Shown: positions 1 to 16,584 of the stretch, piece by piece
Position numbering within the stretch: the first letter of the stretch is position 1
How the letters are laid out: every line of letters starts with the position of its first letter
Origin: the human T2T-CHM13v2.0 reference genome, Homo sapiens
Assembly (NCBI RefSeq): GCF_009914755.1
Contig: NC_060926.1
Direction: 5' to 3' (one strand)
DNA length: 64,000 bases
Translations under genes and position numbers: made by a program
Notes under the pieces: generated by a model
Seen by the model: the letters and a program-made list of their open reading frames with translations, nothing else
The model's database searches: none
Told to the model about the DNA's origin: nothing

Positions 1-2329
1 GTATAAAAGAGTACAGGCACTTGCATCACAGTCCAGGCACCACCCAACATTGCCAAGAGAATCCTCAGAGTAGCCTCATGAGGTAGGCATCATCTCCCAA
101 GTAACAGATGGAGGACAACAGGCTGAAGACACCAGCCCCTTGGAAAGATTGAACGACAGATAGTGAGAGGACTCCCTTCAAGTGTAGGGTCTGTCTACAC
201 CCCAGGAACCAAATGCATTCCATTACACAAGGCTGCCTGGCTGGAAAGAGAGTGCCTCCAAGTAATAGTTTGTTATTGATTCGAAGAAGGGTGGTAGTTC
301 TGTTACTCTAAGTAGGATCATGACACTAATATGGAAACAGAGCAAAGACCACATCTTGGGACTTCTATGTCCATCATTCTTTCTTGAAAATTGTGAGTTT
401 GCTCATGAAATGCAGAATGTAGATAGTTCCCCAAAATACTGATAATGCAGTGTAAATGCATGAGGTGCTGTTTCCTTCATGCTCTGCCGCTACCGAGGGA
501 ATCCCAGGGTGCAGGGGAATGGCTTCTCCCTGGGTCAGCTTACCTCAGTGTACAAGTGTAAACCAGGGAGGAAAAGGGGAACAAACCCTGCAAGGAATAT
601 TTAGCACTGGATGACACAAAACAACATTGCAGAATGGGCTCTCTTTCTCCTTAGTGGGCTTGAATTGATGCAGCTGTCCTATTTTCTTAAAAACATGTGC
701 ATACATACATGTAAACCCCAAACACTACAGAACAAAAGAGGCCGACCTGACTCAATTATGTTTCATTCCTCTGTCAGGACTGGCTTGCAGAAATTGGTAA
801 CAATACATCTAAAAGATTTCTCACAGGAACCTTAATAGGAATAACCCAGATTTGTACCAGGCTGAATGAGAAATTTATGAATTTTGAGAGCATAAAGTAG
901 GCTAGGTTTCTGGCCCTCATCCATACCACCTCCCCAAAACTGATGTGTGGCATGAAAAGTTTTTAGAGAATTGCTATTTCAGTTTTATCTGCATACATAT
1001 CAGAGGGGCTGGCAGTGAGAGGGAAGAGGCAGAAACAGGACCAAGCAGGAATACACTCACTTTTGTTTTTTGAAAACTACCTGTTGAAAACTTGAGGTAA
1101 AGCTATACCCAGGGTGGGCCTGGATAGAGCTGATCAGTGTGGGCTCATTGCAGACATCCAAGCTGACCTTACTGTCATACTGGACAGTTCCTCCTCGCCA
1201 TGCGTCCTGGCTGATCACTATGAAGCAGGAACTGCAGTGAGCGCAGGCACCAAAATGCCCTGTTGTAATCACAGACAGTCCTGCTATCCTTGCCTAGAGC
1301 CATCTGGAGCCATTCCTCTTTCCTTGTTCAGAGGAGGATATAGACTTCTAACAACAGTCAGCCTGGGCAGTAAGTGGATCCTGGGAGTTAATTCCATACT
1401 CCAAAGTAGTATGACAGTCATTTATTTAATCAGGTATGTATTTAGCCCTCCACTCTAGCCAGGCTTTACCTTTATTCTTTCATTCATTTCTCACTTCAGG
1501 AACCAAATCCTACTGTTAAAGTCAATTGTGTTGTCATTTTGCAGGAAAGGAAATAAAAGCAGGCACTTTGGGGTCAAGTGCACACAGGTCTCAGGATCTT
1601 GGGCATTGAAGAAGTGGATTGCAAATTAACTATGTTGGGGACAGGGCACTGTGGCTGGGTCCAGTGCTCCATATTTCATAATGGTTGATGCACATCAGAC
1701 AGGTTGGGTTTCCAAATCTGCTGTTTAGGACCATTAAGTCTTCCAGCCACCAAACTTTGAACTCAGTTTTAATGTTTGTAAATTGGGCGTAAATGGGAGT
1801 AAACCCCTTTCCCTACCACACCTAAAGGGCCCTCACTGAGTTGGTGTGTACATAGCCCCAAGAGCACAGTGGGCACTTGATTAAAGACTGCTTCTGCTTT
1901 TAGAGAACATGAAGCTTTAATGGCAGTAAGGCCAGGCACCACAATCTTTACAGAGGGGATGTGTGTGTCTGTTCCATAACTGGTTAGAAGTGCAAGGGAA
2001 TGCTCAGAGGAGACAGCTCTGCAACTAATGAAATGCTGGTTCCCATCACACATTTCTGGTAGTGACAGGGGGAAATTGGTAAATGGTGGCTAAGTTGGTG
2101 AGCTGAAGTTGAATGAGTAGAGCACCTCATCTAACTCATACCCCTGTAGGGGTGCAGGGGCTCCCCTCCAAAGAACATATCTATTGCCCATGGGGAGGAT
2201 GTGAGGAAAGACATTTATTCCCAATTACCAGTAGGAACTTTAAAATCATGGTACCACTCCTTGGAAGGGCAACTTGGAAATATCTAGCAAGGGTAGAGAT
2301 GCAGATACCATCTATTGCTTTTTCACCAG

Positions 2330-2984
2330 GGTACTGAAAAAGGGAGCACCTGAGAACTGCAAAGTATCAATACCAGGCAATAGACTTCAGCAGCATGATA
2401 AAGCTCAGGAAAAATGATCCACAAAGTTGTTTAACTCCAGGGGAAACTCCTGAGCTGACTATATATGGGTCTTATTCAAACAAGAATAGAATAGATTTTG
2501 AGCACTTGGCTCTGGCTAGACTACTGTCCAGGCACACTGATCCCTGGGTGTACATATGCAGGAGAGCTGTAAACACCATTTACAACACGCAGAAGGTTGA
2601 TTGGAACTTGCAGTTCTTACCAAAATGGGTCTCTTGGCTGCTAAAATAGAGTGTCTATTTTCTCTATAGAATTTAAATGGGATCCAGCATCTCAAAACAC
2701 AGTATACGTAATATCCAGGATAGTATCCAGAGTTACTCAGCATAGAGTAAACTAGCAAAATCTTACCTCTCATGGGAAAGAACAATCAAGAGACTCCAAA
2801 ACTGAGATGATATATGTTGGAATTTTCTGGCAAAGACTTTAAAGTAGTCATAGAAATTCCCCAACAAGTAAGGACAAACACTCTTAAGGAAAAGACAAAA
2901 AGTTTCAGAAAAAAATAGAAAATGTAACACAAAAAGAAGAAGCAAATGGCAATTTTAGAACTGAAAGGTAAAACTACAATAAAT
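2330..2984 (+). mobile_element. Old L1M 5'/ORF1 remnant (first piece of the oldest host L1)
   Basis: A-rich ORF1-like text, e.g. 'gagatgatatatgttggaattttctggcaaagactttaaagtagtcata' and 'aaatggcaattttagaactgaaa'; no intact ORF; left boundary vague. Confidence 0.6.
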
Positions 2985-3895
2985 GAAAAATAATCTTACA
3001 ATTCAACAAAAAAACCAACACACCCAATTTAAAAATGGGCAAAGGACTTGAATAGACATTTTTCCAAATAGGTTGAGATCACCAATAAACACATACAAAT
3101 GTTCAACATCATTAACAATTAGGGAAACGGTAATCAAAATCACAATAAGATACCAATTCACATCCATCCAATTCACGTTAGGATGGCTATTATTTAAAAA
3201 AAAAAAAAAAAACGGAAAATAAGGAGTGTTGGTGAGGATGTGGAGAAACTGGAGCCTTTTGTACATTACTTGTGGGAATGTAAATGGTAAAATGGTGCAG
3301 CCACTGTGGAAAACAGATTCCTTAAAAAATTAAACAGAGAGTTACCATATGATTTAGAAATTCCACTCCCAGCTATATATCTAAAAGAAGTGAAATTTGA
3401 GCTGATTAGATCTTTACAAACCAATGTTTATTGCATCTTTATTCACAATAGCCAAAAGGTAGAAACAATCCAACTGTCAATTGATTGAGGAATGGATAAA
3501 TAAAATTCAGTACATGCAGTCACTGAAATATTTAGCCTTAAAAAGGAAGAAAATTCCATTGTATACTACAGTATAGATGAAACTTGAATGTTATGGTAAG
3601 TGAAATAAGCCAGACATGAAAAGACAATATCGTGTAATTCCACTCATATAAGGTACACTCAGTAGTCAAATATAGGGAGATAGAAAGTAGAATCATAGTT
3701 GTCAGGGGCTAGGGAAAGGGGAAAATGGGGAGTTTCTTTTTTTATGGGCACAAAGTTTGGGTTTGGGAAGATGAAAAAGTTCTGAAGATGGATGGTGGTG
3801 ATGGTTGCACAATACTGTAAATGTATTTAATGCCACTGAATTGCATACTTAACTGTGGTTAAAACTGGAAACGTTCTGTTTTATACATTTAACAA
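2985..3895 (+). mobile_element. 5'-truncated L1MB (L1MB3-like) ORF2 end plus 3'UTR
   Basis: 'cccaatttaaaaatgggcaaaggacttgaatagacatt' through the L1MB-type 3' end 'gatgaaaaagttctgaagatggatggtggtgatggttgcacaat...tgccactgaattgcatacttaa'. Confidence 0.85.
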
Positions 3896-5107
3896 TGATT
3901 ACACAAAGATAAAGGGATGGAAAAAATAAAATCTTTGCAAACACTAACCAAAAGAGAGCTACAATAGCTAATTTAATACCAGGCAAATTAGACTTCATGG
4001 CCAAAAAAGAAAAAAAAAACCCTGAGACAAATACAAAGATGGACATTATATAGTCATAAAAGGGTTAATACACAAAGAAGACAGAGGAATCCTAAATGCA
4101 TATGTACCTGATAACAAAGTGGCAAAATACATGAAGCAAAAGACGACAGAAATGAAAGGAGAGATAGACAAATCCACAATTATATTTGGAGACCTCAAAA
4201 CCCTTCTTTCAATAATTGATAAAAATTGATATAGAAAATCAGCAAGGATATATATGGTCTGACATTATTATCAAACAATTGAACCTAACTGGCATTGACA
4301 GAATACCTAATAATAGCTGGATCCACATTCTTTTTAAATACACATGTAACATTCACCAACACAGACCACATCTTGGGTCTTAAAACAAATCTTAAAAGTG
4401 AAAAAAGAAAAAAAGCCTTATAGAGTATCTTCTCTGACCCTAATTAAATTAGACTAAAAGTCAATAACAGAACAATAGCAATAATATCTCCTAACATTTG
4501 GAAATTAAATAACATTCTTATAAATAATCCATGAATCAAGAAGGAACCATCAAGGGAAATTAAAAAATAATCTGAACTGACCAAAAATTAAAATAAATAT
4601 TTATAGGAAGCAGCAAATGTAGTGCTTAGATAGATGTTTATTATAAAAGGAAAAAAAACTCTCAAATCAATAACCTAATATGCTGCCTCAATAAAATAGA
4701 AAAAGAAAAGCAAAATAAACTTAAAGCAGCAGAAATAAGGAAACAATAAACATAAGAGTAGAAATCAATGAAATTAAATATTGGAACAAATTAACAAATC
4801 CAAAAGTTGGTTCTTAAAAAAGATCAATAAAATTGATGTACATAGCAAGACTGACTAATTAAAAAGAAGAAGATACAACTTACTATTATCAAGAATGCAA
4901 AAGAAGATATCACTACAGACTCTACATACATTAAGAGGATAATAAGGAATACCGTGAACAACTAGGTACATAAATTCTACAACTCAGATAGAAGGACCAA
5001 CTCCTCAAAACCTAAAAACTACTAAAAGTCACCCAAGACTACAAAGATAACCCAAATGGTACTAGATTGTGAAAAACATTGCATTTTTAGTTAAAAAGTT
5101 TTAATAA

Positions 5108-7135
5108 TTATCTGCTTGCTGGTGATATAATCTTATACATAAAAAATACAAACATTCCTCCGAAAGACTCCTTTATTTGATAAATGAATTCAGTAAAGTC
5201 TCAGGCACAAAATCAATGTACACAAACCTGTAGCGCCACTATACACCAATAACAAACAAGCTGAGAATCAAATCAAGAAATCAATCCCCTTTACAGTAGT
5301 TGCAACAGCATAAAATACCTAGGAATATTTTTAACCAAATGAGGTAAAAGATCTCTACAAAGAGATCTAAAAAACACTGATGAAAGAAATAAAAAAAATG
5401 ACACAAACAAATGAAAAAACATTCTATGCTCATGAATTGGAAGATTCAATATTATGAAAATGACAACACTGCCCAAAGCAATCTACAGATTCAATGCAAT
5501 TCCTATTAAATGCCAATGTCATTTTTCACAGAATTAGAAAAAATAATCCTAAAATTCATCTGGAACCAAAAAAGAGCCTAGGTAGCCAAAGCAATCCTAA
5601 ACAAAAAGAACAAACCTTGAGGCATCACATTACCTGACTTCAAAATTATACTGCAAAGTGATAGTCAATAAAACAGCATGGTATTGGTGCAAAAATAGAC
5701 ACACAGACCAATGGAACAGAATAGAGAACTCAGAAATAAATCCAAATACTTATAACCAACTGATTTTTGACAAAGCAGACAAAAACATACATTGGAGAAA
5801 GGACATGCTGTTAAATACATGGTTCTGGAAAAACTGAATTGCCACATGCAGAAGCGAAAAAACTTGATCCCTATTTCCCACCATATGCAGAAATTAACTC
5901 AAGATGAATTAAAGACAAATCTAGAATCCTAAATCATAAAAATTCTGGGAGAAAACCTAGGAAAATTTCTTCTGGATATTGGCCTAGGCAAATAATTTAT
6001 GACTAAGAACCCAAAAGCAAATGCAACAAAAACAAAAATAAATAAATGGCACTTAAATAAACTGAAAAGCTTCTGCACCACCAAAGAAAGAATCAACAGA
6101 GTAAACAGACAACCTACAGAATTGGAGAAAATATATTCAAACTATACATCTGACAAAGAGCTAATATCCAGAATCTGTAAAGACCTCAAACAAATCAGCA
6201 AGACAAAAACAAATCATCCTATTAAAAAGTGGGCAAATGACATGAATACAAGGGTACCGCAAACATGAAAAAATGCTCAGCATCACTAATCATCAAGGAA
6301 ATGCAAATTAAAACTTCAATGAGATACCACCTTCCTCCACTCAGAATGACCGTTATTAAAAAGTCAAAAACTAATACATGTCGGACCCAATATAGTGAAA
6401 AGGGAACACTTACGCATTTTTGGTGGGGATGTAAATTAGTGCAACCTCTATGGAAAACAGTATGGAGATTTCTCAAAAACTGTAAAATAGATCTGCCATT
6501 CAATCCAGCAATCTTATTACTGAGCTTCTACCTAAAGGAAAAGAAGTCATTATACTTAAAGGACAACTGCATGTGTATGTTTATCACAGTACAATTCAAA
6601 ATTGCAAAGACATGGAATCAATCTAAGTGCCTATTAATGGATGGATAAAGAAAATATGGTATATATATATAATATGGTATATATATATACACACATGTGC
6701 ACATACAAACATATATATATATACACATACACATACGTGCACACACAAACATCATGGAATGCTACTCAGCCATAAAAAGGATGAAATAATGTCTTTTGCA
6801 GCAAATTGGATGGAACTGGAGGCCTTTATCTAAACTAAGTTATTCAAGAATGGAAAACCAAATAACACATGTTCTCAATTACACGTGGGAGCTAAGCTAT
6901 GCATATGCAAAGGCATATAGAGTGGTATAATGAACATTGGAAACACAGAAGTAGGTAGAGGGGCAGAGGGGTGAGAGATGAATTATCTATTTGATATAAT
7001 GTACATTCTTAAGGTGATGGGTACACTAAAAGCCCAGACTTCACCACTGTACAATTCACCCATGTAACCAAAAACCACATGTACCCATAAAGCTATTAAA
7101 ATGAAAATTTAAAAATATATTTCAATAATAAAAAT
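5108..7135 (+). mobile_element. 5'-truncated L1PB (L1PB3-like)
   Basis: ORF2 C-terminal fragments (5999-6268 [19 protein letters not shown]; 6265-6648 [17 protein letters not shown]) and L1PB 3'UTR 'gggagctaagctatg...aaaagcccagacttcaccact...catgtaaccaaaaaccac' with A-rich tail. Confidence 0.9.
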
Positions 7136-7487
7136 TTGCAATCTACAGATTCAATGCAATTCCTATTAAATACCAATGTCATTTTTCACAGAATTAGAAA
7201 AAATAATCCTAAAATTCATCTGGAACCAAAAAAGAGCCTAAGATTTCACTGAAAATTTCTATACAAATTTAAGATAAAAATCACACCAATTCAATTATCT
7301 CTTCCAGTGAATCAAAGATGAGAGAACACTTCACATCTCATTGTATGAAGCTAGAAATTGTCCTGATTCACCAAGCAAAGGCAGCACAAAAGGGGAAAAT
7401 TATAAACCAATGTTCCTCATGAAAAACTGGCATAAACTTCCAGCAATGTATTAGCAAGTGGGATGTAGCAATATATAAAAAGAATAA

Positions 7488-7780
7488 GGCTGGGCACAGT
7501 GGCTCATGCCTGTAATCCCAGCCCTTTGGGAGGCCGAGGCAGTTGGATCACTTGAGATCAGGAGTTTGAGACCAGGCTGGCCAACATAATGAAACCCCGT
7601 CTCTAATAAAAATACAAAAAATATTACCCGGGCAGCACCAGCCCTGTAGTCTCAGCTACTCAGGAGGCTGAGGCAGGAGAATCACTTGAACCCAGGAGGC
7701 GGAGGTTGCAGTGAGCTGAGATCATGCCACTGTGCTCCAGCTTGGGTGACAGAGTGAGATTCTGTTGAAAAAGAAAAAGA
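7488..7780 (+). mobile_element. AluS (Sz/Sx-like)
   Basis: Full dimer 'ggctgggcacagtggctcatgcctgtaatccc...agagtgagattctg'; tail merges into the purine tract. Confidence 0.95.
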
Positions 7781-7983
7781 AAGAAAGAGAGAAAGAGAGA
7801 GAGAAAGAAAGAAAGAGAGAGAGAGAGAGAGGGAGGGAGGGAGGAAGGAAGGAAGGAAGGAAGGAAAAGAAAGAAAGAGAAAGAAAGAGAAAGAAAGGAA
7901 GGAAGGAAGGAAGAAAGGAAGGAAAGGAAGGAAGGAAAGGAAGGAAGAAAGAAAGAGAGAGGAAGAGAAGAGAAGAGAGAAAA
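7767..7983 (+). repeat. Pure polypurine (GAAA/GA/GGGA/GGAA) compound microsatellite grown from the Alu tail
   Basis: About 217 bp containing only A and G. Confidence 0.97.
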
Positions 7984-7992
7984 CACACAGTT

Positions 7993-8326
<334 letters not shown>

Positions 8327-8538
8327 TCAGGACTTCAAGACTGTTCAGTATTCTAAAATCAACAATGTAATTCATCATATTTACAGTCTGAAGAAGAAAA
8401 ACACATGTTACCATAGCTTTGTCAGAAAAAGATTAGACAAAATCCAACATCCACACATGATAAAATCTAAGGGAACTAGCAACATCCACACATGATAAAA
8501 TCTAAGCAAATTAAGCAAAGTAAGCAAAACTAGGAACG

Positions 8539-8947
8539 TGATGTCGTTTGGATATGCTCCTCCAAATCTAATGTTGAAATGTGACCTCCAAGGTTGGAGG
8601 TGGACCTGGTGGGAGGTGTTTGGGCCATGAGGACAGATTTTTCATGAATGATTTGATGCTCTCGTTGCAATAATGAGTGAGTTGTCACTCTATTAGTTCA
8701 CCAAGAGCTGGTAGTTTAAAAGAGGCTGGCACCTCTTCTCCATCTCTTGCTCGCACTCTTGCCATCTGACACGCTGGCTCTCCTTCCTCCTGCCACAACT
8801 AAAAGCTCCCCGAGCCCTCCCCAGAAGCCAAGCATGCTTGGCACCATTCTTACACGGCTTGCAGAACTGTGAACCAAATACACCTATTTTACTTACAAAG
8901 TACCAGCGTTGGGTATTATTTTATAGCAATGCAAATGGACTAATACG
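8539..8947 (+). mobile_element. MaLR solo LTR (MSTB-like)
   Basis: Starts TG; 'ccaaatctaatgttgaaatgtgacctcc...gttggaggtgg'; ends 'ttatagcaatgcaaatggactaatac'; ~410 bp. Confidence 0.9.
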
Positions 8948-10043
8948 GATGGAAACTTCCTCAACCTGAGAACAGGACTTCACTAAAAAACACCTTCAGC
9001 TCTCAATATGCTTAATGGTGAAAGATGGAAAATTTTACCTTACCCCAAAACGAGATACAAAGCTATTCTCACAATAAATAGCTATTCCTATCAAACTTGT
9101 AATGGAATTTATACATAAATATATAAAACATGTAGATTGAAATGGGATAAAATCATTTCTTTTCTCTGATGTAATTGTGTGGAACATATGGAGGAAATGA
9201 CAACGTGTGCACACAGACACACTCACACCTCCTAGAACTCGTATGTGAATTTACAAAGTTACAGTATTGTAGGTCACACAAAAATCATACTTCTATTTAC
9301 CAGCAATGTACAATTGGAAATCAAATTTAAATAATAATAATACCATTTACAATAGCTTCAACAAATGAAATATTCATATATATTTTATATATATATATAT
9401 ATATAAAACTAACAGAACATAGTTGGGGTCTACATGCTCATAACAACAGGATGTTGGTGAAAAAATATCTTTGATTTCTATTTAAACCAAAATGAATGGA
9501 GAGATACCACTTTCATGGATGGAAAGACAGCAGTGTAGAGATGACAATGTTTCCTGAGTTGATTTGTAGATTAAATGCAAACTCAATAAAAATCCCGGCA
9601 GGAGTTTTTTTTAAAAAACATAGACAAGCTGATTATAAAACCTATATGGAAAGTCAAAGGAATTAGAGTAAGAAAATAATTTTGAAAAAGGAAAAATAAA
9701 TTTAGAGGATTCACTATACCCAATTTTAAGATTCACTTTAAATTTCCAGTAATAAAGTGAATGCATTATTTTTAAATTAATAAACATATAGATCAAAAAA
9801 ACAGAATAGAGAGTCTATGTTGACCCACACAATTGCTTTCTGACAGAAGTACAGAAACAAAATGCAGAAAGGATAGTTTTTCAATAAATAGCTTTTGAAC
9901 AATTGGACATCTATATGCCATGAAAGGAAAAAAAAAAAACTTTTATCTGAACCTTAGACCTTAAAAGGTCACTAAAAATACATTATAAATTTAAATAAAT
10001 AACTTAAAATTATAAACTTTTAGAAGAAATATAATAGCAAAAC

Positions 10044-10470
10044 TTTTTTTTTCTTTTTTTTTTTAGTTTCTTAAGTTCAATTTTTTATTTTTATTTTTTT
10101 AATTATGCTTCAAGTTCTGGGATACATGTGCAGAACTCGCAGGTTTGTTACATAGGAATACACTTGCCATGGTGGTTTGCTGCACCCATCAACCCGTCAT
10201 CTACATTAGGTATTTCTCCTAATGCAATCCCTCCTCCAGCACCTCACCCCCAGACAGGGCCCGGTGTGTGATGTTCCGCTCCCTGTGTCCATATGTTCTC
10301 ATTGTTCATCTCCCACTATGAGTGAGAACATGCAGTGCTTGGTTTTCTGTTCCTGTGTTAGATTTCTGTGAATGATGGTTTCCTGCTTCATCCATGTCCC
10401 TGCAAAGCACATGAACTCATCCTTTTTTATGGCTGCATAGTATTCCCTGGTGTATATGTGTCCCATTTTC
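10044..10470 (-). mobile_element. L1PA7-like 3' end fragment with double poly(A) tail
   Basis: 'aagttctgggatacatgtgcagaac...ggtggtttgctgcacccatcaacccgtcatctacattagg'; stops abruptly at 'tcccattttc', where the next L1's tail starts. Confidence 0.9.
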
Positions 10471-10687
10471 TTTTTTATTATTATTATACTTTAAGTTTTA
10501 GGGTACATGTGCACAATGTGCAGGTTAGTTACATATGTATACATGTGCCATGTTGGTGTGCTGCATCCATTAACTCGTCATTTAACATTAGGTGTATCTC
10601 TTAATGCTATCCCTCCCCCCTCCGCCCACCCCAAAACAGGCCCTGGTGTGTGATGTTCCCCTTCTTGTGTCCATGTGTTCTCATTGT

Positions 10688-14530
<3,843 letters not shown>

Positions 14531-14578
14531 TTATTTTACTTGTTAGTTGATGCAGTTTCTTCCTAGCCTCAATGGTCT

Positions 14579-15595
14579 TTATAATTTGGCATGTTTTTGC
14601 AGTGGCTGGTATTGGTTGTTCCTTTCCATGTTCAGTGCTTCCTTCAGGAGCTCTTTTAGGGCAGGCATGGTGGTGACAAAATCTCTCAGCATTTGCTTGT
14701 CTGTAACAGATTTTATTTCTCCTTCATTTATAAAGCTTAGTTTAGCTGGATATGAAATTCTGGGTTGAAAATTCTTTTCTTTAAGAATGTTGAATATTGG
14801 CCCCCACTCTCTTCTGGCTGGTAATGTTTCTGCTGAGAGATCAGCTGTTAGTCTGGTGGGCTTCCCTTTGTGGGTAACCTGACCTTTCTCTCTGGCTGCC
14901 CTTAACATTTTTTCCTTCCTTTCACCTTTGGTGACTCTGACAATTATGTGTCTTGGAGTTGCTCTTCTCGAGGAGTATCTTTGTGGCATTCTCTGTGTTT
15001 CCTGAATTTGAATGTTGGTCTGCCTTTCTAGATTGGGGAAGTTCTCCTGGATAATATCCTGCACAGTGTTTTGCAACTTGGTTCTATTCTCCCCGTCACT
15101 TTCAGGTACACCTATCAGACATAGATTTGGTCTTTTCACATAGTCCCATATTTCTTGGAGGCTTTGTTTGTTTCTTTTTATTCTTTTTTCTCTAAACTTG
15201 TCTTCTTGCTTGATTTCATTCATTTGATCTTCCATCACTGATACCCCTTCTTCTGGTTGATCGAATCAGCTACTGAGGCTTGTGCATTTGTCATGTAGTT
15301 CTTGTGCCTTGGTTTTCAGCTCCATCAGGTCCTTTAAGGACTTCTCTGCATTGGTTATTCTAGTTAGCTATTCATCTAATTTTTTTTCAAGGTTTTTAAC
15401 TTCTTTGACATGGGTTCAAACTTCCTCCTTTAGCTCGGAGTAGTTTGATCATCTGAATCCTTCTTCTCTCAGCTCATCAAAGTCATTTTCCATCCAGCTT
15501 TGTTCCATTGCTGGTGAGGAGCTGTGTTCCTTTGGAGGAGGAGAGGTGCTCTGATTTTTAGAGTTTCCAGTTTTTCTGCTCTGTTTTTTCCCCAT
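14579..15595 (-). pseudogene. L1 ORF1p, in frame but with nonsense mutations
   Basis: ATG at 15595, span 1017 nt; in-frame stops at 15416-15418, 15368-15370 and 15266-15268; C-terminal 219 aa open (EIWDYVKRPNL, ARREW, FQPRISYPAKLSF). Confidence 0.95.
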
Positions 15596-16584
15596 GTTTG
15601 TGGATTTATCTACATTTGGTCTTTGACGATGGTGACGTACAGATGGGGTTTTGGTGTGGATGTCCTTTCTGTTTGTTAGTTTTCATTCTAACAGTCAGGA
15701 CCCTCAGCTGCAAGTCTGTTGGAGTTTGCTGGAGGTCCACTCCAGACCCTGTTTGCCTGGGTATCAGCAGTGGAGGCTGCAGAACAGTGGATATTGGTGA
15801 ACAGCAAGTGTTGCTGCCTGATTGTTCCTCTGGAAGTTTTGTTTCAGAGGAGTACCCAGCCGTGTGAGGTGTCAGTCTGCCCCGACTGGGGAGTGCCTCC
15901 CAGTTAGGCTACTCGGGGGTCAGGGACCCACTTGAGGAGGCAGTCTGTGCATTCTCAGTTCTCCAGCTGTGTGCTGGGAGAACCACTACTCTCTTCAAAG
16001 CTGTCAGACAGGGACACTTAAGTCTGCAGAGGATTCTGCTGCCTTTTGTTTGGCTATGCCCTGCCCCCAGAGGTGGCATCTACAGAGGCAGGCAGGTCTC
16101 CTTGAGCTTCCTGGCTGCTTTGTTTACCTACTCAAGCCTCGGCACTCCCCTCCCCCAGCCTCGCTGCTGCCTGGCAGTTTGATCTCAGACTGCTGTGCTA
16201 GCAATGAGCGAGGCTCCTGGGCGTGGGACCCTCCGAGCCAGGCATGGGATATAATCTCCTGGTGTGCCATTTGCTAAGACTGTTGGAAAAGTGCAGTATT
16301 AGGGTGGGAGTGACCCAATTTTCCAGGTGCCATCTATCACCCCTTTCTTTGACTAGGAAAGGGAATTCCATGACCCCTGGTGCTTCCCGGGTGAGGCGAT
16401 GCCTCGCCCTGCTTTGGCTCATCCTTGGTGCACTAGCACCCACTGTCCTGCACCCACTTTCTGACACTCCCCAGTGAGAGGAACCCAGTACCTCAGTTGG
16501 AAATGCAGAAATCACCCGTCTTCTGCATCGCTCACACTGGGAGCTGTAGACTGGAGCTATTCCTATTCGGCCATCTTGGCTCCC
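15596..16584 (-). promoter_or_regulatory. L1 5'UTR internal promoter with intact YY1 site
   Basis: YY1 motif CAAGATGGCCG on the minus strand at 16568-16578; many CpGs decayed to TpG/CpA. Confidence 0.85.

Noticed and set aside
611-2649. Short ORFs in the unique 5' region (611-835, 1114-1458, 2113-2337 and others)
   Set aside because: No recognisable domain, several non-ATG starts, and lengths expected by chance.
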